Assembly (NCBI GenBank): GCA_046340375.1
Contig: JBKDSZ010000019.1
Span: 318-64,317 of the forward strand
Origin: Cyanobacteriota bacterium
GTDB lineage: Bacteria; Cyanobacteriota; Cyanobacteriia; PCC-6307; Cyanobiaceae
Reading direction: 5' to 3'
Length of the DNA stretch: 64,000 bases
Shown: one piece after another, positions 46,076-56,244 of the stretch
How the letters are laid out: every line of letters begins with the position of its first letter
Position numbering within the stretch: the first letter of the stretch is position 1
Program-made: the position numbers and the translations under genes
Notes under the pieces: model-generated
What the model saw: the letters and a program-made list of their open reading frames with translations, nothing else
What the model was told of the DNA's origin: nothing
Databases searched by the model: none

Positions 46076-48508
46076 CTACAGCTGCTTCCAGGCATCAGCC
46101 AGCACCTGTCGCAGCTCGGGCTGAATCAACGGCATGATCTTCTGCAACTGTTCCTCACTCAGCTCACCACCGCCCTTCTCCCGCACAATCTGCCGGACGA
46201 GCGCTTCGATGTCCAACATGTCAACGAGCCGGTCCCATTCGAGGCCACCCATCAACCGAGAGGGCCGTCCGATCGACTTCGCGGGATGGCGGTCGGCCCA
46301 CCACAGCTCCCGATTGCAGGCGGCCAGGGCCACCCCATCCTGCTGACGACGGGCCTGATCAAAGGCTTCCCCATGGCGTTGGCCATGGGCGAATGACCCA
46401 TTGCGCTCCATCGTGGCCAGAGCCAGGGTGAGCAGGGGATTGTCGGGATCCTGGCGGCGCAGATCATCGACAACGGCCCGCCAGGGCTTGGTGCTGGCAA
46501 ACAGGCGCAGATCGAACAGGGCCATGGGCAACGTGCGCTGGGGTTGGCGGGCGCGCCGCAGCAGCCGAGCCGCTTCTGTCCCCGGCTCCTCAGAGGCCTT
46601 GAGGCCCAGGCCATGGAGCAGGAGCAGCGCCCGAAGGGCCGCCTCGCCCTGGGGGGTGTCGGTCCTGGCGGCATGCGCCTCCAGCTGGGCCTGGCGCCGC
46701 GCGACCTCGCTGGTGATGGGCTTGCCCGTGCGACGGCAAAAGCGCCGGATCGCCACCAGAATCGCCGTGAGGGCCTCCACCTGATCTGCGGGTGACAGGG
46801 CGGCGAGCAAGGCATCCCAGCGATCGCTCGCCCCCGGCAACGCCAACGGCACCTTTCCCGTGGCGGCGCCGGCGGGAGGGCTGACATGCTCCAGGAGCAC
46901 CCGCAGGGCGTCCAATCCGGCTCCAGGTTCCGAGCTGTTTCGCAGGGCGACGGCCATCTCCCGCAGCGTCGCGTGGCTGAGGGCCTCCAGCCAGGCCGGC
47001 ACCCCGACCATCGACTCCGCCTCCAACGCGGGCAAGGCGCCGAATCGGGGGCCATGCACACGCCGCAGCCGCGCCACTTCCGACTGCTGGCCGGCGGTCT
47101 CCAGAAGCTCCTCCAAAATCTCATAGAGGTGAAGCGCTTGACAGCCCCCCTCCAGCGCGTCCCAAAGCAGGGCTGTCGCAGCCTCGTTGTCGTCTTTCAT
47201 GTAGGCGATCAGGCCTCGACGTCCGATCACATCCGGCAGATCCGGTGCCAATCGTTCGGCCTCCCCCAAGGCACGCAGGGCCCGCTGCCCCTCGCCGAGC
47301 TTGATCGTTTGGTCAACCTGCCAGCAGTGAAGGCGGGCCACCGTGGAGGAGAGGAGCGGTTCGGGCCAAGCCGAGGGGTTGGCCCTGGCGGTCCGGCGCA
47401 GCCAGGCGAGCAGTTGGCTCACAAGCCGCTCGCACTCCGGCGTGTGACGTCCGTCGTCCTCGGCGTCCAGGAGGGGGTAGAGGCGCAGAGCCAGCTCGGG
47501 ATCGAAGGCGGGCCGGTCAACGATGGGTCGCCAACAGGCGATGGCATCCTCCGGCGACTCCCGCTCCACAGCCTGTTGACCGGCCAACACCAGCAGGGGC
47601 CGCCGCAGGGAAACCAACTCGGGCAAGGAGGCCAGGAGGGTGCGTTCGTTGGCGAGCAGGAGCTGGCCCGCGCTGAGGTGATTGTTCTGACGCAGGTGAT
47701 GGAGCAGCGTCAGGGCGAGGGCCTCCTCGCGGCGGGGCAGGTCGCGCCGGGAGAGGTTGACCAGCTCGCCAGGGGGCTGGCCCGTGCGAGCGGCCAGATC
47801 CAAGGCCACCGCCACCATGGCCGGATGGACCGGCGGGTCGAGGTCGTCTGCTGCCGCCTTGGGGTCGCCCATCTCCAGGGAAGCCCAAGCCCGCCAGACG
47901 GAGCCATGGTCTCCCATGGTGGCGGGCCCTGCCATCACAGCGAATTGGCGCCTGGCGGAGGCTGGGTCCCCCTCCAACAGGTGGAGCACTCCGGCCACCC
48001 AGTGGAGTTGGTGGCCCTGAAACCGCTTGGGCTGGTTGCGCACCAAGTTTCGCGCCCGTTCCGTCTCCCCCGCGAGAAGGAGCACTTTCAGATAGGCGCC
48101 GGCATGGGCCTTCGGCAAGCGGTTCGCCGCAAAGGCCTCCTCCAACAGAGCCAACGCCCGCGGGATTTGCCCCTGATCCACCCACAGACGGGCCAGACGC
48201 TCCAGAGGTTCTCCCTCCTGACCCGGAACCATGGCCTTGCGGAAGGCCGCCTCCGCCCGCTTCGCCTGTCCCTGTTCCGCAGCCTGGCGCCCCTCCAGAC
48301 ACCAGAGCTGGGACTCGCTGGGCCGCAAGTCGAGCTCCGGCCGGCGGAGCAGGGCTTGCCCCCGCACGCGAATCGCCTCGCTGTAGCGCTTGCGGGCCAC
48401 CAAATCCGCCAACTTGCGCCGGACCGCAGCCTCACCTCCATCACTCCCGGCGGAAGCAGGGCCGGGAGCGGGCCGAGGGGGCATGGGACAAGCTGGCTCT
48501 TCCGCCAT
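46076..48508 (-). CDS. Large (810 aa) TPR-like all-helical protein, first gene of the Hsp70 module
   Basis: The long ORF lies 2 nt upstream of the J-like gene. The N-terminal region has TPR-like repeats (YSEAIRVRGQALL..., AEAAFRKAM..., ALALLEEAFAAN...). No catalytic motif was recognised. Confidence 0.6.
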   Translation of the reverse strand: MAEEPACPMPPRPAPGPASAGSDGGEAAVRRKLADLVARKRYSEAIRVRGQALLRRPELDLRPSESQLWCLEGRQAAEQGQAKRAEAAFRKAMVPGQEGEPLERLARLWVDQGQIPRALALLEEAFAANRLPKAHAGAYLKVLLLAGETERARNLVRNQPKRFQGHQLHWVAGVLHLLEGDPASARRQFAVMAGPATMGDHGSVWRAWASLEMGDPKAAADDLDPPVHPAMVAVALDLAARTGQPPGELVNLSRRDLPRREEALALTLLHHLRQNNHLSAGQLLLANERTLLASLPELVSLRRPLLVLAGQQAVERESPEDAIACWRPIVDRPAFDPELALRLYPLLDAEDDGRHTPECERLVSQLLAWLRRTARANPSAWPEPLLSSTVARLHCWQVDQTIKLGEGQRALRALGEAERLAPDLPDVIGRRGLIAYMKDDNEAATALLWDALEGGCQALHLYEILEELLETAGQQSEVARLRRVHGPRFGALPALEAESMVGVPAWLEALSHATLREMAVALRNSSEPGAGLDALRVLLEHVSPPAGAATGKVPLALPGASDRWDALLAALSPADQVEALTAILVAIRRFCRRTGKPITSEVARRQAQLEAHAARTDTPQGEAALRALLLLHGLGLKASEEPGTEAARLLRRARQPQRTLPMALFDLRLFASTKPWRAVVDDLRRQDPDNPLLTLALATMERNGSFAHGQRHGEAFDQARRQQDGVALAACNRELWWADRHPAKSIGRPSRLMGGLEWDRLVDMLDIEALVRQIVREKGGGELSEEQLQKIMPLIQPELRQVLADAWKQL

Positions 48509-48820
48509 TCAACCCCTGCTCTGGGGGAAAGCGCAAACCTTCAACGGTTGAGAGGCTCGGATTTGCGACAAATCTAGCTTTTAATCATAGAGTTTCCCCA
48601 TGCTCAGTGCGTAATCCTTCCATCCCCTGTGCAGAGAACGGATGCGGATCCGGATGGACTGTCTCCAAGTGGCACGCCCCAGATTAGGGTCACAGTGGCT
48701 TGTGGAGGCCGCGAAGCAAGGGCGCAAGATCTTATACGAAATGCCAAGCCAGGGCTGATAGCTCAGGCGGATGCAGCTGGATGATCAGCTCAACCAGCAA
48801 CTGATCAACAGCCCGCTTGT

Positions 48821-49590
<770 letters not shown>

Positions 49591-49591
<1 letters not shown>

Positions 49592-50799
49592 CAGCGGCTG
49601 GGAACAGTGCGGGGATCGAGGCGTCGCTCCAGGGCGCGGCTGCCCAGGCCCAGGGCGGCGCAGCAACACCAAAACAAGACGGCCAGGGTGAGGTAGACCT
49701 CGGCATTCCGGCCCAGAAAAGCAGGGTTCGCCATCACCGTGCGGGCCACGCCGAGCAATTCGAGCAGACCGATCAGCGACAACAGGGTGGTGTCCTGCAA
49801 CAACGAGATGAACTGCCCCACCATCGCCGGCAGGGCCACCCGCAGCGCCTGGGGCAACACCACCCGCTGCAGAGCCTGGGGATGGGAGAGTCCCAGGGAA
49901 CGGGCCGCCTCCACCTGGCCTGCGGGCACAGCCGCCAGGCCCGAGCGCACGGCCTCCGCCAGATAGGCGGCGGCGAAGAAGGTGAGCACCCAGGCGGCGC
50001 GCCACACCCGCTCGGGAGCGAGGCCATTGGGCAGGAGGAAGCCGAGAATGTTCTGCCCAAGAAAGAGGAGGGTGATCAGCGGCGCGCCGCGGATGAACTC
50101 GATGTAAACCACTGACGCCCATCGCAGCAGGGGGAGGTCGCTGCGGCGACCCAGGGCGAGGAGCACCCCCAGGGGAAAACAGAGCAGGATCGCGAAGCTG
50201 GCGGCCAGCAGAGTGAGCAACAGACCGCCCCATTCCGAGGGTGGAACGGTCACCAGACCCAGGCCGCCGCTGATCAGCACCATGCCCGCCAGATAGAGCG
50301 TCGGCCAGAGCAGGGGGACGAGCCGAAGCAGCTGCGGCGGCCAGCGGGTGCCAAAACGCCCCGCCAGCCAGCGCAGGCCGATCAGCCCGGCGGCCAGGCC
50401 CCACCAGCGGCCCTGGAGGGCGGGCTCCAACCGCAGGGCCCAGGGAAACCACAGCGCCGCCCCGGCCAGCACGGCCACGGCCAGTCGATCGTTGCGGGGC
50501 CAGAGGACACCCTCCCGATCCGCCCGGGGATGGGCTCGGAGCAGCCCCCAGCTGAGGCCCGTCGCCGCCACCAGCAGGCTGGCGAGCAGCCAGAGGCGCC
50601 ACTGCTGCTCCACCGGATAGCGACCAACGGCGAACAGGGTGCTGTTGGCCTGAATCACCGCCCAGCGGGCCTGAAGGAAGGCCCAGCGCCCGAACCCCAA
50701 AAGGGCCAGGGCAAGAACCGTGAGCAGGGCCAAGCTGAGCACGGCATCGCCGGGGGTGGCGAAGAGCTCGTGGCGGAGGCGACGCAGAAGCGGCTTCAT
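49591..50799 (-). CDS. Amino-acid ABC transporter permease (AapM/NatH-like)
   Basis: Multi-TM protein with a His/Glu/Gln/Arg-type permease core (VYIEFIRGAPLITLLF, EAARSLGLSHPQALQRVVLPQAL). Confidence 0.85.
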
Positions 50800-50800
50800 C

Positions 50801-51808
50801 TCAACGCTCCCGGATTTGCACGAGCTGATTCAGGCCGTTCATCAGGGCGGAGATCAACAGATCGAGACCCAGATAGGCCCCCAGAAGAATCAGATACACC
50901 TCCACGGCCCGACCGGTTTGATTCAGGGTGGTTTCGGCCACGGAATACAAATCGCTGAAGCCAACGGCCACCGCCAGGGAGGAATTCTTGGCCAAAGAGA
51001 TGTACTGGGTGTTCAACCCCGGCAGGATCACCCTCAGAGCCTGGGGCAGGACCACCTGCCGCAGGGTGGTGAACCAGCGCAGCCCCAGGGACGAGGCCGC
51101 CTCCCACTGCCCCTTGGGCACCGCCGCGATGCCGCCGCGCACCACCTCAGCGATGAAGGCGCCGGAATAGATGATCAAGCCGGTGAGCAGGGCGGCGAAC
51201 TCGACGCTCAACCGCAGAGGCGCCTGCCAGACCCCATTGACGAGCTGTGGGCCCTGCCAGCGGAGGCCCTCCGCCAGCCCCGCCAGATAGAGGCCCGACT
51301 TGGCGAGGACCAAGCCGGGCAGCTGGAAGGCGGCGGCCCCATTGGGGAGGGCGAGAAACACGACGAAATACCAGAACACCAGTTGCAGCAGCAACGGGAT
51401 GTTGCGCACCACCTCCACATAAAGGCGGGCCAGGCCCCGCAGCAGGCCGTTGCCGCTGAAGGCGGCCATCCCCGCCAGGGTGCCCAGGAGGGTGGCCCCC
51501 ACCAGCCCGGAGAGCACGGCCCGCAGGGTGTTGGCCAGGCCCGCCAGCAGGCCGCGCCAGTAGGGCATGCCAGCGTCGAAGGGCAGGACCGATTCAGCCA
51601 GGTCGAAGCCGGCGGGCTGGGACAGCCAGCGCCAGGTGAGCAGCAGGCCCGCCGCCGAGAGGTTGCGCACCAGATTGCCCAGCAGGAAGGCGATCAGCAG
51701 CAACACCACCAGGCCGACCGCAGCCTGAACCAACCACGGCACCACCCGGCGATCGCGCCACCAGGGCGGGGAGGCCTCGGGACGGGGAGAGGGAGTCGAG
51801 GGGGCCAT
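50801..51808 (-). CDS. Amino-acid ABC transporter permease (AapQ/NatG-like)
   Basis: YVEVVRNIPLLLQLVFWYF and EAASSLGLRWFTTLRQVVLPQAL form the EAA-type loop. Confidence 0.85.
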   Translation of the reverse strand: MAPSTPSPRPEASPPWWRDRRVVPWLVQAAVGLVVLLLIAFLLGNLVRNLSAAGLLLTWRWLSQPAGFDLAESVLPFDAGMPYWRGLLAGLANTLRAVLSGLVGATLLGTLAGMAAFSGNGLLRGLARLYVEVVRNIPLLLQLVFWYFVVFLALPNGAAAFQLPGLVLAKSGLYLAGLAEGLRWQGPQLVNGVWQAPLRLSVEFAALLTGLIIYSGAFIAEVVRGGIAAVPKGQWEAASSLGLRWFTTLRQVVLPQALRVILPGLNTQYISLAKNSSLAVAVGFSDLYSVAETTLNQTGRAVEVYLILLGAYLGLDLLISALMNGLNQLVQIRER

Positions 51809-51812
51809 CGCG

Positions 51813-52874
51813 TCAGCGGAAGGGGGGGGAATAGATCAGGCCCCCGTCCTTCCACTGCTTGTTGCTGCCCCGATCCAGCTTCAGCGGCGAGCGGGGGCCG
51901 ACATTGCGATCAAACACCTCGCCGTAGTTCCCCACCGCCGCGATCACCTTGGGCACGAAATCGGCGGGCAGGCCGAGCTGCTTGCCGAAATCACCCTCCA
52001 CCCCGAGGAAGCGGCGCAGGTCAGCCAGTTTGGGGTTGGCCTTCGCTTCCGCCACCTTGGCGGCCACATTGGCCTGGGTGATGCCGAGCTCCTCGGCCTG
52101 AAAGAGGGTGTTGACGGTCCAGCGCACCACATCCGCCCAGGGGGCATCGGCATTGACCGTGGCCGGGGTGAGAGGCTCCTTGCTCATCACATCCGGCAGG
52201 AGCACATGGTCATCCGGATTGGGGAAGCTGGTGCGCTTCGCCGCCAGCTGGGAACGATCGCTGGTGACAGCCACGCAGCGGCCGCCGAGATAAGCCGCGT
52301 AGGTCTGGTCGCCGGTTTGGAATTTCAGGGGGGTGTACGGCACGTTGAGCTCGCGCATGCGATCGGCCAGGTTGAGCTCGGTGGTGGTGCCGCTCTCCAC
52401 GCAGATCGGCTTGCCCGCCAGCGCCTGGAGGGTGGTGATGCCGCCCGATCGGGGGGTCATCACGCCCTGGCCGTCATAGAAGACGGTGGGCGCGAAGCTG
52501 AGGGCGTTGCCCCCTGCCGCGTCGCGGCTGAGGGTCATGGTGGTGTTGCGGGAGAGGAGGTCGATTTCGCCACTGGCCAGGGCGGCAAAGCGCTCGCTGG
52601 AATTCAGATCACGGAACTCCACCTTTTTGGGGTCGGCGAAGAGCGCCGCGGCCACCGCCCGACACACATCCACATCCAGGCCGCTGTAGCCGCCGTCCGG
52701 ACCAACGAAGCTGAAGCCCGGCAATTTGCCGTCCACGCCGCAGATCAGCTTGCCCCGACTCTGGATGGCCGCCAGCTTGGCGCTCTGAACCCCGGAGCCA
52801 CCTTCCGGCGCACAGCCCACCAGCAGACCGGTCAGCAGCAGGGGGAGGGGAAGACAGCGAGCCAGACGACGCAT
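51813..52874 (-). CDS. Amino-acid ABC transporter substrate-binding lipoprotein (AapJ/NatF-like)
   Basis: ATG 52874 gives MRRLARCLPLPLLLTGLLVGC (lipobox). This is followed by a type-3 SBP pattern (GKLICGVDGKLPGFSF...GLDVDVCRAVAAALF). Confidence 0.85.
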   Translation of the reverse strand: MRRLARCLPLPLLLTGLLVGCAPEGGSGVQSAKLAAIQSRGKLICGVDGKLPGFSFVGPDGGYSGLDVDVCRAVAAALFADPKKVEFRDLNSSERFAALASGEIDLLSRNTTMTLSRDAAGGNALSFAPTVFYDGQGVMTPRSGGITTLQALAGKPICVESGTTTELNLADRMRELNVPYTPLKFQTGDQTYAAYLGGRCVAVTSDRSQLAAKRTSFPNPDDHVLLPDVMSKEPLTPATVNADAPWADVVRWTVNTLFQAEELGITQANVAAKVAEAKANPKLADLRRFLGVEGDFGKQLGLPADFVPKVIAAVGNYGEVFDRNVGPRSPLKLDRGSNKQWKDGGLIYSPPFR

Positions 52875-52944
52875 CGGGGCACTGGGAAGTGGGCAGATTG
52901 TCACATGCTTGCGGGGGACCCACCAGGCCAGGACGGCACCGATC

Positions 52945-53346
52945 TCATCCCGGCAGGATCACGCGGTTGATCACATGCACCACGCCGTTGTCACAGACCA
53001 CATCGGCGCTGATCACAGTGGCGTTTTTCACCTCAAAGGGATCGGCTCGGCGGATCGCCACGGGAGCACCCTCCAGGCTTGTCCATTCGGGCTGATCGAC
53101 CAGCTCCGCCTGGCGATGGTCGCCGGCGAGCACATGGAATTTGAGGATGCGGGCCAGCTGGGGCGGATTGTCCACCAGGGTCTGCACCGTTCCAGGCGGG
53201 AGGGCGGCGAAAGCGTCATCCACCGGGGCGAAGACGGTGAAGGGTCCGGGACTTTCCAGGGCGGCGGTGAGACCGGCCACCTCGACGGCGGTCAGGAGGG
53301 TGGCAAAGCACCCGGCGGCTTTTGCCGTTTCAATGATGTTGGCCAT
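52945..53346 (-). CDS. Fasciclin (FAS1) domain protein
   Basis: MANIIETAKAAGCFATLLTAVEVAGL...GPFTVFAPVDDAFAALP...LKFHVL...NGVVHVINRVILP; 133 aa from ATG 53346. Confidence 0.8.
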   Translation of the reverse strand: MANIIETAKAAGCFATLLTAVEVAGLTAALESPGPFTVFAPVDDAFAALPPGTVQTLVDNPPQLARILKFHVLAGDHRQAELVDQPEWTSLEGAPVAIRRADPFEVKNATVISADVVCDNGVVHVINRVILPG

Positions 53347-53410
53347 GGAACAATCTATTACACAGAAGAAGATGAGAAAGCCGAGGAGAAAACAGGAAAA
53401 CCTGCTGATG

Positions 53411-54721
53411 TCACCTGTAATCCTGTGTCTGAACGTCGCCGAGACGAGCCTCTGGACGCACGAAGCGATCCATCTGCGCTTCAAAGAAACGACGATTCGC
53501 CAGCAGATGCTCCGGATCGGTGTCATCCAGTGGGTAGAGCAGGGCGCAGCGCAGGGCCTGGATCACAGCGGAAGTGACGTTGTACATGGAGCGCTGGAAG
53601 GTGATGCCCAGCTGAATCAACTGATCCTCCTCACCACGCTTGTGGTGGGTGTAAACCTCCTCCAAATAAGGGGGCAGAAAATGCAGCATGTCCTGCATCA
53701 ACAGCGTCGGCGGGATGCCGGCGGAGCCGACGGGGAAGACATCGGCATAGAGAATGCCGTAGTGAAAATCAGCCTGATCTGCGGGCACTTGATAGGCCTG
53801 AGCGTTGTAGCTCTTGGTGCCACGGAACGGGGACGTGCGGTAGAAGACAGCCTCCACATAGGGGAGGGCCGCCTCGTAGAGCCAGGTGAACCCTTCCGAC
53901 TTGGGAATGATCTCGATGCACTCCTCACCCACAAACACATGGTGGTAGATCGGACGACCAGCCACGGCAAAAATACCGTTGACCAGGAAATCCATGGCGT
54001 CGGGCACGCCTTTGAAGCCGCCTTCGTCGTAAATGTCGCTCATTTCGAAGAACACCGGCGCCATCACCTCCCAGAAGAGGCCAAGATTGGCGTAGTAGCT
54101 CATCTGCTTCAACTGCTCCATGAACATTTCAGGGAACAACTTATACAGACCAAGCATCAGGGGATTGTTGCGGAAATAGGCCTTGATCGCCCGATCCGCA
54201 TTGGCGCGATAGGCCTCGCTCTCCAAATAATCGTTGAAACGACCGCCCATGCCCTGATGCCAGAGCATGGCCTGCATGCAGGCTTCGGCGAATTCCATGT
54301 TGATGCGATCATGCCAGAGATGATGCAAAAGCTTGGGCATCGCTCGGGTTTCACCCTTCGCCATGAACTCCAGCAGCTCGGGGTGGGCCTTCTCGCCGCC
54401 GCGCCAGATGCGCAAGCGCGATTGATCGCCTGAATAGGAGTTGGGTCGATCGAGATAGGCCTGGGAGGGGAAATACTTGAACGCCGGCAGGGGATTGAGG
54501 AACACCTGCTCCGCGATGTAGAGCAGGTCGCGCCAATAAAAGTCCATCGGCACGGCATAAGCCTTGTAGATGCCGATGATCTGCTTCAAGTTTTCCGGCG
54601 TGTCGGGAAGCATGGAGCCCCCCGCCTCCAGGCGGTGGATCACCTCTGCCCAACGGTGTTCCGAGGGGGGAATCAGAGGGGCCTGGCGGAGTTCCGCCAC
54701 GGGCGCGGCTGGAGGCGTCAT
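53411..54721 (-). CDS. CO2 hydration protein of the NDH-1 CO2-uptake complex (ChpX/ChpY, CupB/CupA family)
   Basis: It lies directly downstream of the ndhF/ndhD paralogues (ATGA overlap). The sequence is rich in the conserved His/Cys-containing stretches of Chp proteins (LLHHLWHDRINMEFAEACMQAMLWHQG). I cannot tell the X subtype from the Y subtype by eye. Confidence 0.8.
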   Translation of the reverse strand: MTPPAAPVAELRQAPLIPPSEHRWAEVIHRLEAGGSMLPDTPENLKQIIGIYKAYAVPMDFYWRDLLYIAEQVFLNPLPAFKYFPSQAYLDRPNSYSGDQSRLRIWRGGEKAHPELLEFMAKGETRAMPKLLHHLWHDRINMEFAEACMQAMLWHQGMGGRFNDYLESEAYRANADRAIKAYFRNNPLMLGLYKLFPEMFMEQLKQMSYYANLGLFWEVMAPVFFEMSDIYDEGGFKGVPDAMDFLVNGIFAVAGRPIYHHVFVGEECIEIIPKSEGFTWLYEAALPYVEAVFYRTSPFRGTKSYNAQAYQVPADQADFHYGILYADVFPVGSAGIPPTLLMQDMLHFLPPYLEEVYTHHKRGEEDQLIQLGITFQRSMYNVTSAVIQALRCALLYPLDDTDPEHLLANRRFFEAQMDRFVRPEARLGDVQTQDYR

Positions 54722-56244
54722 GAGGGGAGGAGCTGGGGGGCGGTGGCAACGGCGGCGGTTCCACGCTGGAAGGCCACCGTTTGGGAGGGGAAGGAGAGGG
54801 TGCGAAGAGCGAGGGTGGCGGTGGCGGATTCACTCCACCCCGTGAGGACCTTGGGCCAGATGCCGCAGGCCACGATCATCACGGTGAGCACCACGGCGGG
54901 GGCCCGCTCGGTCCAACGGGTGGAGGCCCAGTCGGCCTTGGCGTTGTCGAGGCGGCCGAACCCCACCCTGTTGAACAGGCGAATCGCATAAACGGCGGTG
55001 AAGCCAGAGGCGATCAGGCAGATCAGCGTCGCCCTTGGGAAGACCACCCAGCTGCCCTCGAACACGATCAGCTCAGCCGGAAAACCCACCAGGCCAGGGA
55101 TCCCCGCTGCGGCCATCAAGGCCAGCAGCAGCATGCCCATGGTGAAGGGAAGGCCCCGCAAGGGATTGAGCAGGCCGGAAAGATCGGGGATCGCGCTGCT
55201 GCCGGTCTTGCGCTCGATCAGCCCCACGCAGGCAAACAGCAGGGCGACGATCATCCCGTGGGCCAGGGTCTGGGCCACAGCCCCCTGGAGGCTGAGGGGT
55301 GTGGCCGCCGCCAGGGAAAGCACAAGCAGGCCCATGTGACCGAGGGAGCTGTAAGCCATCAAGCGGCGGATGTCACTCTGGGCGATGGCATTGAGGGCGC
55401 CGTAAACCGCGCAGACCGCCCCGGTGGCAGCGATCCAGGGCGACCAGGCGGCCCAGGCCTCTGGCAGGAAGCCCACCCCGAAGCGCAGCAAGCCATAGGC
55501 CCCCAGCTTGGAGACCACCCCGCTGAGGAGCATGACCGCTGGGATCGGAGCCTCGGCGTAGGTGAGCGGCTGCCAGCCGTGCAGGGGCACGATGGGAAGC
55601 TTCAGCCCGAACGCCAGAAGAAAAAGCGCCAGGATCCAGGCCTGGGCTCCGGGGGAGAGCTGGGCCCGGGCCAGATCGGCGTAGTCGAAACTGATCCCCT
55701 GGCTGTTGCACCAGGCCAGGGCAAGCACTCCGCCCAGCAGGGTCAGCCCGGAAACGGAGCCATAAATGAGATACCGAATCCCTGCGCCGGCCCGCCGCGG
55801 CCCCCCCCAGGTGGCCACCAGCAGCGTGGCCGGGATCAGCACGACCTCAAAGGCCAGGAGGAAGAGGAGGGCGTTGCGGGCCAGAAACGCTCCCACCACG
55901 CCGAGATTGGTGGCCAGCAGCAGGCAGTTGAAGAGGCGTGGACGGGGATGATCCTCCGCAGCGGACAGGATCGCCATGGTGCTCACCAGGGCGGTGAGCA
56001 GCACCAAAGGCAGCGACAGCCCGTCGAGGCCGAGATCCAGGGCCAGTCGCAGCTTGGGCAACCAGGTGAGATGGAGCTCGGGCGGCGGAAAACGCCAGCA
56101 GAGGAGCGCCACCACAAACTGCCCGGAACAGGCCAGGGCCGCCAGGTTGCGCACCCCGACAGCGCTGCCCGTGGCGAGCAGGGGAATCACCAGGGCCGCC
56201 GCCAGGGGGAACGCCAGCAGCAGAGGAAGAAGGAGGGACGACAT
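54718..56244 (-). CDS. ndhD: NAD(P)H-quinone oxidoreductase subunit D paralogue of the CO2-uptake type (NdhD3/D4)
   Basis: 508-aa polytopic protein with an NuoM/NdhD-like pattern. It is sandwiched between the ndhF paralogue and the chp gene. Confidence 0.85.
   Translation of the reverse strand: MSSLLLPLLLAFPLAAALVIPLLATGSAVGVRNLAALACSGQFVVALLCWRFPPPELHLTWLPKLRLALDLGLDGLSLPLVLLTALVSTMAILSAAEDHPRPRLFNCLLLATNLGVVGAFLARNALLFLLAFEVVLIPATLLVATWGGPRRAGAGIRYLIYGSVSGLTLLGGVLALAWCNSQGISFDYADLARAQLSPGAQAWILALFLLAFGLKLPIVPLHGWQPLTYAEAPIPAVMLLSGVVSKLGAYGLLRFGVGFLPEAWAAWSPWIAATGAVCAVYGALNAIAQSDIRRLMAYSSLGHMGLLVLSLAAATPLSLQGAVAQTLAHGMIVALLFACVGLIERKTGSSAIPDLSGLLNPLRGLPFTMGMLLLALMAAAGIPGLVGFPAELIVFEGSWVVFPRATLICLIASGFTAVYAIRLFNRVGFGRLDNAKADWASTRWTERAPAVVLTVMIVACGIWPKVLTGWSESATATLALRTLSFPSQTVAFQRGTAAVATAPQLLPS

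Noticed and set aside
48545-48555. Small palindrome TCAACGGTTGA upstream of the TPR-like gene as a heat-shock operator (CIRCE-like)
   Set aside because: It has only 5+5 bp and no similarity to CIRCE (TTAGCACTC-N9-GAGTGCTAA). It is too short to be significant on its own.
49592-50602. N-terminal 337 codons of ORF 48821..50602
   Set aside because: This part is out of frame over the AapM-like permease gene and rich in Pro, Gly and Arg. The ABC ATPase starts at ATG 49591.
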